A DNA stretch of 64,000 nucleotides from a virus: positions 1-64,000 of the IMG/VR virus record IMGVR_UViG_3300008108_000039. One strand, written 5' to 3'. The notes under the pieces were generated by a model. The model was not told where the DNA came from. It worked only from the letters and a program-made list of their open reading frames with translations, and did no database searches. Numbering within the stretch: position 1 is the stretch's first letter; every line of letters begins with the position of its first letter. The translations under genes and the position numbers were made by a program. Positions 53,696-64,000 of this stretch are shown piece by piece.

Positions 53696-54907
53696 TTATT
53701 TTAAATGTATAATATATTTGATTCTATTTTGATGTTCATGATAAGCAATAATCTCAGAATTGAGTAATCCATTTCCTGCATTCACATGAGTACTGTCAAA
53801 ACCTCTTTCACTTAAATTTTTATAATTTAAAGTAAATGAATTACCTCTATACCAACCATTATAGATATAAGGGTTACCTGTGTGGACTTCATATATTAAA
53901 AGTATAGTATCTTTATCATAACCTGTATAGTTAAGTGATTTATCTGTTACTTCTGAAAAGTAGTTACCTTCACCATATGCTTTTCCACTAAATTGAAAAT
54001 TTCCTGCAGGGCGAATTTTAAGACCTTCTCTTAAGATAGGAATAACTGATGTACAGCGAGTACCATGAATGAGATATCGTGTTTGTTTATTGTTTTGCTT
54101 ATCAATCCAGTTTGTAAAACGATTATCTTCCCAAGCTTTTTCAACAGCATAAACACTTTCAATACGTTTTCTACGACTTGTATTTAATTGGTTAATTATG
54201 TATTGAATTTCTTTTTCTTTAGTATGGTCACATTTTTTTAATTTAATACCTAAAGCTTCAAGAAATGTTTGTTGTTCTTTATTTTCCTTTTTGTCTTCAT
54301 CTTTCTTAGTATCTTGAAACATAGATACTTGAGAAGATATAGCGTCAATATTATCTTGTTCTTGTACTAATGTTTTATCTAAATTAATATTAGGAAGAAT
54401 ATTATGTCTAACATTAGACATATAACGAGGAATAATAGTATAAAGTTCAATTAATTTATCATTAATTGCTTTTTCATTTTTTCTATCTATTTTAGATAAA
54501 TCATCAAGAATTTTTTGTGCTTCATCAATTTGTTTTTGACTAACTTTATCACATTTTACTGAATATGTTTTTTTAACTAGATCATTAGTGTAATTCCTCA
54601 TTAATGTGATAAAGTTATCAATTTGATTATCTTCAATACGTAAATAAGAATCAGTACTTTTATCTGTTTTTTCTTCAACTTTAACTGATACTAAAGCTGT
54701 AACGTCTGTATATCCTTTATCTATTTTTTCATTATATATATTTTTCCATTTTGAAATAGGTTTATGAAGAGTAGTTTTAGTGGAATCAATTCTACCATAG
54801 TTAATAGTAAAAGTAGGGCCACCTTCATAAATCATTTCATAATACTTGTTGTTATTAGCCCCAGTTACCATAATTAACTTGGCATATTTTTTATCAACTG
54901 AATTCAT
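53696..54907 (-). CDS. PARP-like ADP-ribosyltransferase (WGR + regulatory + catalytic)
   Basis: NNNKYY..YGRI WGR; LYTIIP regulatory; HGT, YGEGNYFS..KSLNY, NSEIIAY (H-Y-E triad). Confidence 0.88.
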   Translation of the reverse strand: MNSVDKKYAKLIMVTGANNNKYYEMIYEGGPTFTINYGRIDSTKTTLHKPISKWKNIYNEKIDKGYTDVTALVSVKVEEKTDKSTDSYLRIEDNQIDNFITLMRNYTNDLVKKTYSVKCDKVSQKQIDEAQKILDDLSKIDRKNEKAINDKLIELYTIIPRYMSNVRHNILPNINLDKTLVQEQDNIDAISSQVSMFQDTKKDEDKKENKEQQTFLEALGIKLKKCDHTKEKEIQYIINQLNTSRRKRIESVYAVEKAWEDNRFTNWIDKQNNKQTRYLIHGTRCTSVIPILREGLKIRPAGNFQFSGKAYGEGNYFSEVTDKSLNYTGYDKDTILLIYEVHTGNPYIYNGWYRGNSFTLNYKNLSERGFDSTHVNAGNGLLNSEIIAYHEHQNRIKYIIHLK

Positions 54908-54930
54908 AACAAATTATTTATAAAACAAAA

Positions 54931-56553
54931 TTACATTCCAAATTCTGCCATTCCACCTAAATCATCTTTTTTCTTATCTTCAGGTTTTTCATGAATTACA
55001 GCTTCAGTCATTAGTAATGTAACAGCAGCGTGAGCAGCATTTTCAAGAGCACAACGTACTACTTTAGTAGGATCCATAATACCTGATTTGAAAGCATCAA
55101 CTGTTGTATTATTTGCAATGTCAGGAACAACTGATTTATCTGTTTTAGAATTTAATTTATCCCACCATTCTTGAGGATCTTCTCCTGCATTTTTAAGGAT
55201 TTGTTTAAATGGTTTAGCACAAGCTTGGAATATAATTGATACACCTTTACTTTTATCATCCTTACCCATCACATCAAGTACTCTTCTAGCATGTAATAAA
55301 GCGATACCTGCACCTGGTAATATACCTTCATCAAGAGCTGCTTTGGTAGCTTGTAAAGCATCATCTAAGCGGTCTTTCTTTTCTTTCATTTCAATTTCAG
55401 TACCACCACCTACATTAATAATAGCTACTCCACCAACCATTTTACCTAAACGCTCTTGCAATTTTTCAACGTTGTATGGTGTAGTTTCTTTTTCTAATTG
55501 ATTTTTTAAAGATAAAATACGTTCTTCAATTTTCTTAGGATCTCCTTTACCATCTACAATTGTAGTAGCTTCTTTACCTACAGTAACAATTCTAGCTTGA
55601 CCTAACCAATCTGTATTAAATTTGGATAATGACATACCTCTTTCTGGGGAAACAACAGTAGCACCAGTTAATATAGCTATATCTTCTAACATTTGATTTC
55701 TTAAATCACCAAAGCCAGGTGCCTTTACAGCAGCTACTTTCAACGCTCCTCTACCTTTATTCATTACAAGAGTTGCTAATGCTTCACCCTCAATGTCTTC
55801 AGCAATAATAAGTAAAGCTTTTTGTTCAGCTGATACTCTTTCTAATAGATGCAATAAATCTTTAATTACTGTTATCTTTTTATCATAAATTAAAATAAAA
55901 GGATCATTTAAAACAGCAGTCATTGAATTATTGTCTGTAATAAAATAGTGTGATTTATATCCTCTATCGAATTGTAATCCTTCTACCACTTCAAGTGATG
56001 TTTCACCAGTACGTGATTCTTCTACTGTTACTACTCCATCTCTACCTACTTTATCTAAGGCAGTAGCTACTAATTCTCCAATTTCAGTATCACCATTTGC
56101 AGATAATGTTGCAATTTGTTTAATTTGTTCTTCGCTAGTAATGTCTACAGACATTTCTTTCAATTCATTAACTACAGCTTTAACTGCTTCTTCAATACCT
56201 CTTTTTATTTGAGTAGCATTAGTTGAAGCATATGTTGTTGCTTCTAATGCGTGAGATGCTATTGAATGTGCTAACACAGTTGAAGTAGTTGTACCATCAC
56301 CAGCTTGATCAACTGTTTTTTGTGCTGCTTGTTTAATAACAGTAGCAGCCATATTTTCAATTGGATCTTCTAAAACAATTGTTTTAGCAACAGTGACACC
56401 ATCTTTGGTTGATGATACTTCATTGTGTTCTTTTTCAATTAATACATTACGTCCAAAAGGACCCATAGTAATAGAAACAGCTTTGTTAACTTTATCAATA
56501 CCTTTTTGTAGTTTTTCTTTCGCCTCGCGGTCGAAACTAATTATTTTACTCAT
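54931..56553 (-). CDS. groL: chaperonin GroEL
   Basis: [47 protein letters not shown]. Confidence 0.97.
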   Translation of the reverse strand: MSKIISFDREAKEKLQKGIDKVNKAVSITMGPFGRNVLIEKEHNEVSSTKDGVTVAKTIVLEDPIENMAATVIKQAAQKTVDQAGDGTTTSTVLAHSIASHALEATTYASTNATQIKRGIEEAVKAVVNELKEMSVDITSEEQIKQIATLSANGDTEIGELVATALDKVGRDGVVTVEESRTGETSLEVVEGLQFDRGYKSHYFITDNNSMTAVLNDPFILIYDKKITVIKDLLHLLERVSAEQKALLIIAEDIEGEALATLVMNKGRGALKVAAVKAPGFGDLRNQMLEDIAILTGATVVSPERGMSLSKFNTDWLGQARIVTVGKEATTIVDGKGDPKKIEERILSLKNQLEKETTPYNVEKLQERLGKMVGGVAIINVGGGTEIEMKEKKDRLDDALQATKAALDEGILPGAGIALLHARRVLDVMGKDDKSKGVSIIFQACAKPFKQILKNAGEDPQEWWDKLNSKTDKSVVPDIANNTTVDAFKSGIMDPTKVVRCALENAAHAAVTLLMTEAVIHEKPEDKKKDDLGGMAEFGM

Positions 56554-56737
56554 ATTTTGTTTCCTTTATTTTATATTTGTTTTTATTTAAATCCAGTTGT
56601 ATATATTCATCACATTTCCAACAATTCGATTTAGGCATATTGTCAAAATTTCCTCCAATTCCATCATGTTGCCCATAATGTATTTCATTTATAATTCCAC
56701 ATTTAGGGCATTCTATATCTATGTCGTAGGAGGTCAT
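56546..56737 (-). CDS. small Zn-finger protein
   Basis: CPKC..CWKC. Confidence 0.6.
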   Translation of the reverse strand: MTSYDIDIECPKCGIINEIHYGQHDGIGGNFDNMPKSNCWKCDEYIQLDLNKNKYKIKETKYE

Positions 56738-57015
56738 ATTTTATTATAAATTTTATATCCTGCAAACCAATATCCTACTGGTTTAGCATAAACAAATTGT
56801 TTTTTAAATATTTCCCATTTACGGTTTGAAGAATTTTTAGTTGGCACCTCAGCAGAAGTTGGTATGTCGTAAGATTCAGGTTTATTACACTCTGGATAAT
56901 GTTTATTTATTCCATGGCAATTAATGCAAAATTTATTTGAGTGCATATATTGCCCTCCTCCTTGAGGTACATTTACAACATCACTTACTTCTGTATTTCT
57001 AAACTTACGTGCCAT
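56734..57015 (-). CDS. small Cys/His hypothetical protein
   Basis: CINCH..H..C. Confidence 0.6.
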   Translation of the reverse strand: MARKFRNTEVSDVVNVPQGGGQYMHSNKFCINCHGINKHYPECNKPESYDIPTSAEVPTKNSSNRKWEIFKKQFVYAKPVGYWFAGYKIYNKI

Positions 57016-57308
57016 TATTTTTCTAAAATTACTAACAAATCAGATTCTTTCATTACAACATATTCTTCACCTTCAATGGTCATTTTAGTTCCACCAAAAG
57101 CAGGAAATACTACTGTTTGACCAACTTTAATTTTTGTTTCAATAAATGCTTCTCCAGTAACAGAAAAAATACCAGGTCCTACTGCTACCACTTCACCCAT
57201 AAGTGGTTTTTCCTTACCCATATCAGGTATTAAAATGTTACCATACATTTCTTCTGAGTTGTCATTTTGTTTAATTACAATGTGATTGTGTAATGGTACT
57301 ATTTTCAT
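57015..57308 (-). CDS. groS: co-chaperonin GroES
   Basis: PLH, KEKP..GEVVAVGPG, KVGQTV, GEEYVVMKESDLL. Confidence 0.95.
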   Translation of the reverse strand: MKIVPLHNHIVIKQNDNSEEMYGNILIPDMGKEKPLMGEVVAVGPGIFSVTGEAFIETKIKVGQTVVFPAFGGTKMTIEGEEYVVMKESDLLVILEK

Positions 57309-57358
57309 AATAAAAATTTATTTAATAAATATACAATAATTTTATATAGTTTCCAAGT

Positions 57359-58087
57359 TTAGTTAGCTAGATTTGCTAATACTATATAAGAGGATTTATG
57401 TCCTTCTTTATTTTCAAAATCTAATTTTATGGCTCCCTGATCAGAAATAAAAGCTTTTCCTGTTGAATCTGAGTTAGCGTCAAATATAGATTTAATATAA
57501 TCAGCATTAAATTTTAATATATTTGATGGTATTGTTAAATTTGGTATAGGTATTTCAAATTGTATTTTATTTGAATGACCTTCTGGTTCTCCTAAAGTAA
57601 ATTTAACTTTATGTTCACTATCTTTATTTGTATATGCTTGAATAAGAGTTGTATCAGAATTTAATGCTTTTTTAGCTTTAACCCAGTTACTAACTAATTC
57701 AGGTGTAATGTCAAATTCATAATCACTTTCAAATTCATTTATTGAAAAACTAGCATTTGGAGCTAACATTAAATTAGCTAATGCATATTCTAAATTATAT
57801 TCATTATCTGCTATCAATAATCTAGTAGCAATATCATTATGAGATTGTAGGTCTATAGTGATAAATTGGTTACAAATATTAATTAACTTTAAAAATTTAG
57901 ATGTATCAAATATTAAAAATTCACTATCAGTAAATTCGAAAGGAGCAGTAATTATACCTACCATATCTTTAGTAGGTGAAAATGTTTTGATAGTAACTAC
58001 ATTATCTTTTACTGTCCATCTTACTTTCTCACCAATTCCATCTAAATAGTATTTATAAACTATTGATAATAACGATTGTTTTTCCAT
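57359..58087 (-). CDS. sliding clamp (T4 gp45-like)
   Basis: 242 aa two-domain beta/alpha repeat, downstream of PolB, clamp loader nearby. Confidence 0.65.
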   Translation of the reverse strand: MEKQSLLSIVYKYYLDGIGEKVRWTVKDNVVTIKTFSPTKDMVGIITAPFEFTDSEFLIFDTSKFLKLINICNQFITIDLQSHNDIATRLLIADNEYNLEYALANLMLAPNASFSINEFESDYEFDITPELVSNWVKAKKALNSDTTLIQAYTNKDSEHKVKFTLGEPEGHSNKIQFEIPIPNLTIPSNILKFNADYIKSIFDANSDSTGKAFISDQGAIKLDFENKEGHKSSYIVLANLAN

Positions 58088-58088
58088 A

Positions 58089-58427
58089 TTATTTCCAAAG
58101 TATTTGAATTAAAATTATTGCAATTCCTAGGCCTAAACAAATGAGTGTTTTAAGTGTTAATGGTTCTTTAAACATATAATGAGACATAATAGAAAATACT
58201 ATTACCCCAATACCAAATCCAATTAATCTACTAGGCCATATTTGGCCATCATAAGCTAATACAAAATTACGTACCGAATACATAAATAGCAGTGAAATAG
58301 GTATTCCCATACATGCTACTAAAAAAGTATTATTTTTAAACCACTCATATTTAATTTGTCCTTGTAACTGGAAAAATGTAAGTATTTGGGCTAGTAAACC
58401 GAATAATATTCCTTTTATTAAATTCAT
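58089..58427 (-). CDS. four-TM small membrane protein (SMR/DMT-like; likely start MNLIKG)
   Basis: four hydrophobic helices, KEPL before last helix. Confidence 0.6.
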   Translation of the reverse strand: MNLIKGILFGLLAQILTFFQLQGQIKYEWFKNNTFLVACMGIPISLLFMYSVRNFVLAYDGQIWPSRLIGFGIGVIVFSIMSHYMFKEPLTLKTLICLGLGIAIILIQILWK

Positions 58428-58455
58428 ATTACTCAATATACGACTATTATTTTGA

Positions 58456-61218
58456 CTAGACAAATTTAAAAAATTTAGAAGCATTCTCATGCATTGATGG
58501 AAAATCCCATTTTAAATCTTCATAAATGCCTACTAATTTATTCATTAATGTTGTTTCAAATCCTTCATCTCTATCAGCATATTGCTCAATAAATTGAGTA
58601 ATAAATTCGGGATCATTACCTGTAAATCCTATAACATCTATCCTATATGGGTTATTTTTTAATTGAATATATTTCATTTTATCTCCTTCAGTAAAACATG
58701 AATATTGTTTATCTAATTTTTTAAATCGTAATAAATCATTGTACCAAATAGCAGCTTTAGTATTAATAGGAGCTTTTAATTTTAATGTGCTAAATATTTC
58801 ACCTACTCCAGGTTTACGCTCAATATAATTAGATATTTGTTTTACTCCGGTTGGTTTAGCAATTTCAGCTATAGGAAGATTTTTAACATATTTTTTAAAA
58901 TCAGTAATTTTTTTATCTATATCTTTTTTAGGATACCCTTGTAATATTGATTCAATTATTTGAGACCCAAATTTTTTATATAATGGAGTCATATTAGATT
59001 TCATAAGATCAAGACCCATCATTACTAGTTCTTCCGTAGGTACTCCTTCTTTATTTACAATAAGCATTGCATATCGACGTTTACCCGCAAAATACCCTCT
59101 CTCAATTACAACTTCTTGCTTTAATTCAAAATAATGTTTTTTATCTATATTAAATAAAGGTTTAACTAGTTTATTTAAATTATCGTTTGCTGCTTTTTGA
59201 ATCTCATTTGCAATTTCTAATACAGCTTTAACGTATTCATCTTTAGTTTTAAGATCAGGATAACGTTGTAATACTAAATCTTTAACTTGTATAAATAACG
59301 AATCTGTATCTGATGTTACAACATAATCTTTATCTTTAGTATTTAATTGTTCATTCATCCATTTATTAACAAATCTAATTGATTCTTGAGTTACACGTTG
59401 TCCTGTTAATGTAATAGCTTTAGATATCATTTTATGACCATCAGTATAACGCCATCCATTAATAGCATAACATCCATAAACGTCATTTAATTTAATTTTA
59501 TAGGCGTGTTGACGACGATTATAAAATTCTCCTTTAATTACATCACCAGCTTTATATGCTTTTTTCATTAAATTTTTATACTCAACACGTTTATCAAACC
59601 AATCAGATAATACTTCACATACTACTGATGAACGATCTGTTCTAAACATAGCACCAGATGCTGCTATATTAATATTATTTTCCTCTATAAATTTTATAAT
59701 TTGCTTTACAGATACTTGTTGTTGATTTACAGTTCTATTTTCATTTAATCTTTCAATAGTAATTAATTGTTCAGGATCCATTTGTTTTAGATCAATTAAT
59801 GTCCAATTATTATCATATTTGTCTTTATTTACTATTCGCCCAATAAAAGTTTCAATACCTATATTCAAAGAACGAATAATAGAAGGATATAGTGAAGTAA
59901 AATCTAAATCAATAACCCATTCATATAATCCTGGTACTGGATCTTTAAGATATCCACCAGCATATTCCTCATTTTTAATTATGTTAGCTGTATGAAATTG
60001 ATTTATTTGTTTTGTTTCATGAACAAATACATTTACTAATCCATTTCCTACAATACTTACAATATATCCAGTCCACTTTCTACCTGTACCTGGTTTACTT
60101 TTTACTTCATCCTCTATTTCAAATACATTTGATTTCAATGATGGGTTAGTAGTTGTTGGTTTATTTGGTGAAATTATACCTTGACGTTTTAGGTATGTTA
60201 ATATTGCTCCATCATTTAATGCTGTTGATAAGTAAATATTATCATAAGGTACATGACATAGATGACAAATAGCAATTGTTAATTCTATAAATTTAAATTT
60301 ACTTTCTAATTTAATTAATATTTCAACATCACGAAGATTATATTCTATAAATTGATTAATATCTTCTCTAAATAATCTATCAAGACTACCTTCATATGGT
60401 ATTTTACCTAAATTAACATATTTAGTTCCTATATCTCCTAATTTATATGATTCTTCTTGTTTAGCATTATATTTTTTAAACAATAACATGTAATCTAAAT
60501 GGTTAATACCTCCTATTTCAACTGGAGCTTCCATAATGGGATTACCACCTATTTTTATTTTACCAATAGGGGATAACCTTGTTGCTTCAATAGTACCTAA
60601 TTGATTTTCTATTCTACAATACAGATATGGAATATCAAAATATTCACTATTCCATCCGGAAATTACAGTTGGGTCTAATTGTTCCCATAGATTTAAAAAT
60701 GATGATAATAATTCTTTTTCATTATTAAATGGAATAATAGCTCTATTATCTTCATTTATTGTTTGTAATTGTTTTTTTTCATCTAAAATTAAACAGTAAT
60801 ATTTTTGAGTGGTATTATCATAAACAGATATAGCAGTAATTTTAGTAGGAGCATTTCTTATTAGTTCTGGTGTTAATGCTCCTGCAATTTCACACTCAAT
60901 ATCTAAGTAAATAATATTTTGCCACTCAGCAGTATCATCACTATCTTTGTACTTATCAATTAATACTGAAGTACAAGCATCTAGATCTGATTCATATAGT
61001 GATTTATCTTTCCAATCATATTTACTTAATGCCGTAGCCCGTTTACCATCTAATGTATGGTATTGACCTTCAGGATCTATTTTATATCGTGGGCGAATAT
61101 ATTTAAATTCACTCCAACCAGTCTTATCATCGCGTAAATGAAATGTGTAAGTCGTCCTATCGTAGAAAATTGATTGATACATAACCTTAAATTTAAAATG
61201 GGGCTTTTGCAGCCCCAA
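58456..61218 (-). CDS. family B DNA polymerase
   Basis: ExoI LDIE, ExoII GWNSEYFD, ExoIII YNLRD, DFTSLYPS, K..LN..YG, SDTDS; likely start MYQSI. Confidence 0.96.
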   Translation of the reverse strand: MGLQKPHFKFKVMYQSIFYDRTTYTFHLRDDKTGWSEFKYIRPRYKIDPEGQYHTLDGKRATALSKYDWKDKSLYESDLDACTSVLIDKYKDSDDTAEWQNIIYLDIECEIAGALTPELIRNAPTKITAISVYDNTTQKYYCLILDEKKQLQTINEDNRAIIPFNNEKELLSSFLNLWEQLDPTVISGWNSEYFDIPYLYCRIENQLGTIEATRLSPIGKIKIGGNPIMEAPVEIGGINHLDYMLLFKKYNAKQEESYKLGDIGTKYVNLGKIPYEGSLDRLFREDINQFIEYNLRDVEILIKLESKFKFIELTIAICHLCHVPYDNIYLSTALNDGAILTYLKRQGIISPNKPTTTNPSLKSNVFEIEDEVKSKPGTGRKWTGYIVSIVGNGLVNVFVHETKQINQFHTANIIKNEEYAGGYLKDPVPGLYEWVIDLDFTSLYPSIIRSLNIGIETFIGRIVNKDKYDNNWTLIDLKQMDPEQLITIERLNENRTVNQQQVSVKQIIKFIEENNINIAASGAMFRTDRSSVVCEVLSDWFDKRVEYKNLMKKAYKAGDVIKGEFYNRRQHAYKIKLNDVYGCYAINGWRYTDGHKMISKAITLTGQRVTQESIRFVNKWMNEQLNTKDKDYVVTSDTDSLFIQVKDLVLQRYPDLKTKDEYVKAVLEIANEIQKAANDNLNKLVKPLFNIDKKHYFELKQEVVIERGYFAGKRRYAMLIVNKEGVPTEELVMMGLDLMKSNMTPLYKKFGSQIIESILQGYPKKDIDKKITDFKKYVKNLPIAEIAKPTGVKQISNYIERKPGVGEIFSTLKLKAPINTKAAIWYNDLLRFKKLDKQYSCFTEGDKMKYIQLKNNPYRIDVIGFTGNDPEFITQFIEQYADRDEGFETTLMNKLVGIYEDLKWDFPSMHENASKFFKFV

Positions 61219-61221
61219 ATT

Positions 61222-61971
61222 TTATACTAATCTTATCAAAATAAAGCTTCCGCTTCGATATAATCCACCTCTTGGAACTCCACCAGCGGCTGCTGCAGCA
61301 TCATTAGCAAAGTTTAAACTAGATGATACTTGAGGCATTACTATTACTTGGCTACCAGAAATAGACATTGCATAGTTAGTAGCAGAATTATAAAAAAATG
61401 TAATACTAGATGAATCAAAACGAGCTAAATCTCGTCTATTTGATACACTACCATTACCTATTACAAATAAAGATGAAGTGTTATCTAATATATTATATTG
61501 TCCTACTACTGTTTGACCTAATCCTTGAGCTACTGTGTATATACCTTCTGCGTGTGAATATGATCCAGAAGCTATAGTGCCAAGTCCTTCAGCATGAGAC
61601 GCAATACCTATTGCTTGTGTTTGGTTACCTTCTGCGTGTGATGATAAACCAGAAGCTACTGTACTTTGTCCCTCAGCATGGGCATTAAAATTATTAGCTA
61701 ATGTACTAATACCCTCAGCATGTGAATAAGCAAAAGCTGCTACTGTATTAAATCCTTCAGCATGAGCAAAGGTAGATGCTGATACATTATTTCCTTGAGC
61801 AAGTGAACCAGTAATTACTTGGTTACCACTAAATCTATTACTTCCTGTAGTTGCAAAATATGAACTGGATACTCCTAAACCTTCTAAATAGATGAAATTT
61901 CCATCCATTTCTTGATAGGTTAATTCTGATCCTTTAGGATTATTTCCTATTATACGAGTAATTAAAGGCAT
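61222..61971 (-). CDS. virion-type protein with YadA/Hep-Hag-like beta-roll repeats
   Basis: six 14-aa (S/A)HAEG..T.A.G repeats; KGSELTYQEMDGNF N-terminal module. Confidence 0.7.
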   Translation of the reverse strand: MPLITRIIGNNPKGSELTYQEMDGNFIYLEGLGVSSSYFATTGSNRFSGNQVITGSLAQGNNVSASTFAHAEGFNTVAAFAYSHAEGISTLANNFNAHAEGQSTVASGLSSHAEGNQTQAIGIASHAEGLGTIASGSYSHAEGIYTVAQGLGQTVVGQYNILDNTSSLFVIGNGSVSNRRDLARFDSSSITFFYNSATNYAMSISGSQVIVMPQVSSSLNFANDAAAAAGGVPRGGLYRSGSFILIRLV

Positions 61972-62006
61972 TATTGTAAATTATTTACGTATAAATATAC
62001 GAATAT

Positions 62007-62528
62007 TTACAATCTTTGCTTATCTCCTTGCCATTGCCCATTATATTTTTCAGTAGATTCACATTCGTGAAAATAGATTTGAGCAACTCTTGCATCTTTT
62101 TCAATAAAAATTGGTTCAGTTACCATCATTATTGTACCCATATTATCAGTTTCAAATCCAGGATCAAATACAGGACTATTAATCAAAGCCCCATTTCTCC
62201 ATAATGATGATCGTTGTTTAATAAAGGCTACACGGTTATCAGGAATTTTGCATCCTTCCCAAAATGTAATATCATATGTATAAGGATGCAATAACCATCC
62301 ATCTACTCCATCTAAGTTAATTATTTCTACTGGTGTATAAGTAGTTAATTGGGTTTTATTTTTTAATACTTTACCAATTGGACCTTGGGCATAAGCACTA
62401 CCTCCAATTTTATTACCTACTTTATTTACAGCTTTTAGTGATAAGTCATAACCAACTTGTGCTGGTTTTCCTTTAGTATGTTCTAATTTAAGTAAACCTT
62501 CGTCTATAATCTGAGATGAATTAAGCAT
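62007..62528 (-). CDS. dCTP deaminase/dUTPase family protein
   Basis: GYDL, RSSL.R.G, FDPGF, RVAQI, YNGQWQG. Confidence 0.88.
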   Translation of the reverse strand: MLNSSQIIDEGLLKLEHTKGKPAQVGYDLSLKAVNKVGNKIGGSAYAQGPIGKVLKNKTQLTTYTPVEIINLDGVDGWLLHPYTYDITFWEGCKIPDNRVAFIKQRSSLWRNGALINSPVFDPGFETDNMGTIMMVTEPIFIEKDARVAQIYFHECESTEKYNGQWQGDKQRL

Positions 62529-62553
62529 AACTTTATTTTATTTTTAAATTTAA

Positions 62554-63342
62554 TTATTTTTCTTTATATTTCCAAATAAAACCACCTGCACTTTTTTGTT
62601 TACCTCTACAACAAGCATATATACCGGTACTGTCTATATTATAAAATCTTCCTGCTTCAGACTGAGATGTCCATTCTTTAATAAAATTACCTTGTAAATC
62701 ATATTGACCAACACATTTATTCCATCTACTATTTTTTCTCATTTTTTCAATAGTGGTGGTAGATTTAGATTTTTTATTTAGTTCTATTCCTGCTTTTATT
62801 TTATCTTTCACCCACTGAGGTCTTGTTTTGTTAGATAAATAATGATTTGGATCTTTATTTTTTTCTGTTTTTTCTAAATTAGGTCTATTGATCATTTCTG
62901 ATAATTTATCTCCAAAATTTATTGGTTTGGATTTGTTAGATAATGCTTTTGAAACTAATAATCTACTTTCCATTGATCTAATTTTGCCTGTTGTCTTTAA
63001 AGAATGATCAATTTTCATTTGTTCAGTTCTTACAACACCATTTCCTCCTTCTCCTCCTTTAGTTAAATTTAATCCAAATGTATTATTGTTATAATGATAA
63101 GAATTATAATGATTTATCCAATATATTTCACGATCATTTAATTGGTCTTCGTTACATTCTTCTATTATTTCAAATATATGCTTATCCCAACCATATTTTT
63201 GAAGCGAATTATATATTTTAGTTTGTTTATTATTTTCCTTTAAATGTTTATAGTTTTTAAATCTACTAATAATATTTTTACTTTTACCTATATAAATTGC
63301 TCCTAAAGGATTGGTAATTTTATATATTCCACATTTTATCAT
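62554..63342 (-). CDS. GIY-YIG homing endonuclease with NUMOD tail
   Basis: GIYKITN..IYIGKS..R, E.YWI, GLN; QYDLQG..KSAGGFIWKY. Confidence 0.9.
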   Translation of the reverse strand: MIKCGIYKITNPLGAIYIGKSKNIISRFKNYKHLKENNKQTKIYNSLQKYGWDKHIFEIIEECNEDQLNDREIYWINHYNSYHYNNNTFGLNLTKGGEGGNGVVRTEQMKIDHSLKTTGKIRSMESRLLVSKALSNKSKPINFGDKLSEMINRPNLEKTEKNKDPNHYLSNKTRPQWVKDKIKAGIELNKKSKSTTTIEKMRKNSRWNKCVGQYDLQGNFIKEWTSQSEAGRFYNIDSTGIYACCRGKQKSAGGFIWKYKEK

Positions 63343-63387
63343 AATATATTGTTTGCAATAAATATGTGGTGCTTGTAGAGAACAACA

Positions 63388-64000
63388 TTATTTCATGGGT
63401 GTTCCATTCATGTGGATAGCTGACATTAATTCTTCTCTAACAAGATTATCTTTTTCAAGAAAGACACCGCTGAATTTATTTGTGGTCATTGTAGAACCAT
63501 GCTTTATTCCCCTTGAACTACAGCATGTATGTTTACAAGCAATACTTACTGCTACTGATGGACAATCCATTTTAGTAGCTAAATAATCATGAATTTGTTG
63601 TGTTAATGATTCTTGCATTTGTGGTCTACGAGAAAACCATTCAACAATACGATTTAATTTACTTAAACCTATTACTTGTGCACCTGGTACATAGGCTAAT
63701 GTAGCATAACCTGTAAATGCAAGATTATGGTGTGCACACATACTAACAATAGGAATACCTGATTGAATTACTAATCCATTATATCCATCATCATTAGGGA
63801 ATACTGTAATATTTGGTTCGTCAGTAATACTACCTACAATTAAATCTTTAAGCCATGCTTTAGCTACACGACGAGGAGTATCTACTGTTTGTCTATCAGC
63901 TTCATAATCAAAACCAACGGCATTTAGGAATTGTCCATATGCTTCGGCAGCTTTATCAATCATTTGCTCAATTTGTTCTGGTGTACGAGCTAAATTACCA
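63388..64000 (-). CDS. folE: GTP cyclohydrolase I (start probably outside window)
   Basis: TPRRVAK, SMCAHH, GLSKLNR, RRPQMQE, H.C..RG; frame open to window edge. Confidence 0.93.
   Translation of the reverse strand, partial: GNLARTPEQIEQMIDKAAEAYGQFLNAVGFDYEADRQTVDTPRRVAKAWLKDLIVGSITDEPNITVFPNDDGYNGLVIQSGIPIVSMCAHHNLAFTGYATLAYVPGAQVIGLSKLNRIVEWFSRRPQMQESLTQQIHDYLATKMDCPSVAVSIACKHTCCSSRGIKHGSTMTTNKFSGVFLEKDNLVREELMSAIHMNGTPMK

Noticed and set aside
1384-63586. All plus-strand ORFs in the track
   Set aside because: They are short antisense shadows of minus-strand genes or RNAs with no recognisable motifs.
1-64000. Stop-codon reassignment (TAG/TGA), as in some Bacteroidota phages
   Set aside because: Long genes are intact in the standard code, TAG and TGA end genes at natural boundaries, and no CUA/UCA suppressor tRNA was found.
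63388-64000. 7-deazaguanine DNA modification inferred from folE
   Set aside because: No queC, queD, queE or dpdA in this window; they could lie beyond the edge, so the claim is unsupported here.

Overview
AT-rich window in which essentially everything is on the minus strand. It is best read as part of a large (jumbo-type) dsDNA phage, probably of a Bacteroidota host. The evidence is a T4-like replisome (PolB, sliding clamp, clamp loader), ATP-dependent ligase, thyA, dCTP deaminase/dUTPase, folE, GroEL/ES, ClpP, homing endonucleases, a DUF4494-like gene, Bacteroidota-like TAnnTTT promoters and a dense tRNA region; no capsid or terminase gene lies in the window. Accessory content: (i) a Prs-like + Nampt-like pair (NARP1-type NAD+ reconstitution) next to a macrodomain, plus a distant PARP-like gene; (ii) an ~18-kb nucleotide-sugar/glycosyltransferase cluster with a branched-sugar signature; (iii) an ~8-kb RNA island (19.7-27.6 kb) with 26 tRNA-type genes covering all 20 amino acids, a group I intron in tRNA-Leu(UAA), a Ro60/TROVE gene with five related Y-RNA-like elements, a duplicated pseudoknotted RNA showing covariation, and several other structured spacers; (iv) an ~800-nt highly structured non-coding region at 3.1-3.9 kb. 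The top candidate for an undescribed system lies at the head of the tRNA array. It is a 46-codon leader ORF containing all 20 amino acids and a codon for every array anticodon box except elongator Met, followed by an antiterminator/terminator pair: a putative attenuator that switches on phage tRNAs when any host tRNA is depleted. Several small lesions (a 7-nt duplication and three apparent deletions) may be real or assembly artefacts. All calls were made by eye; no database searches were run.
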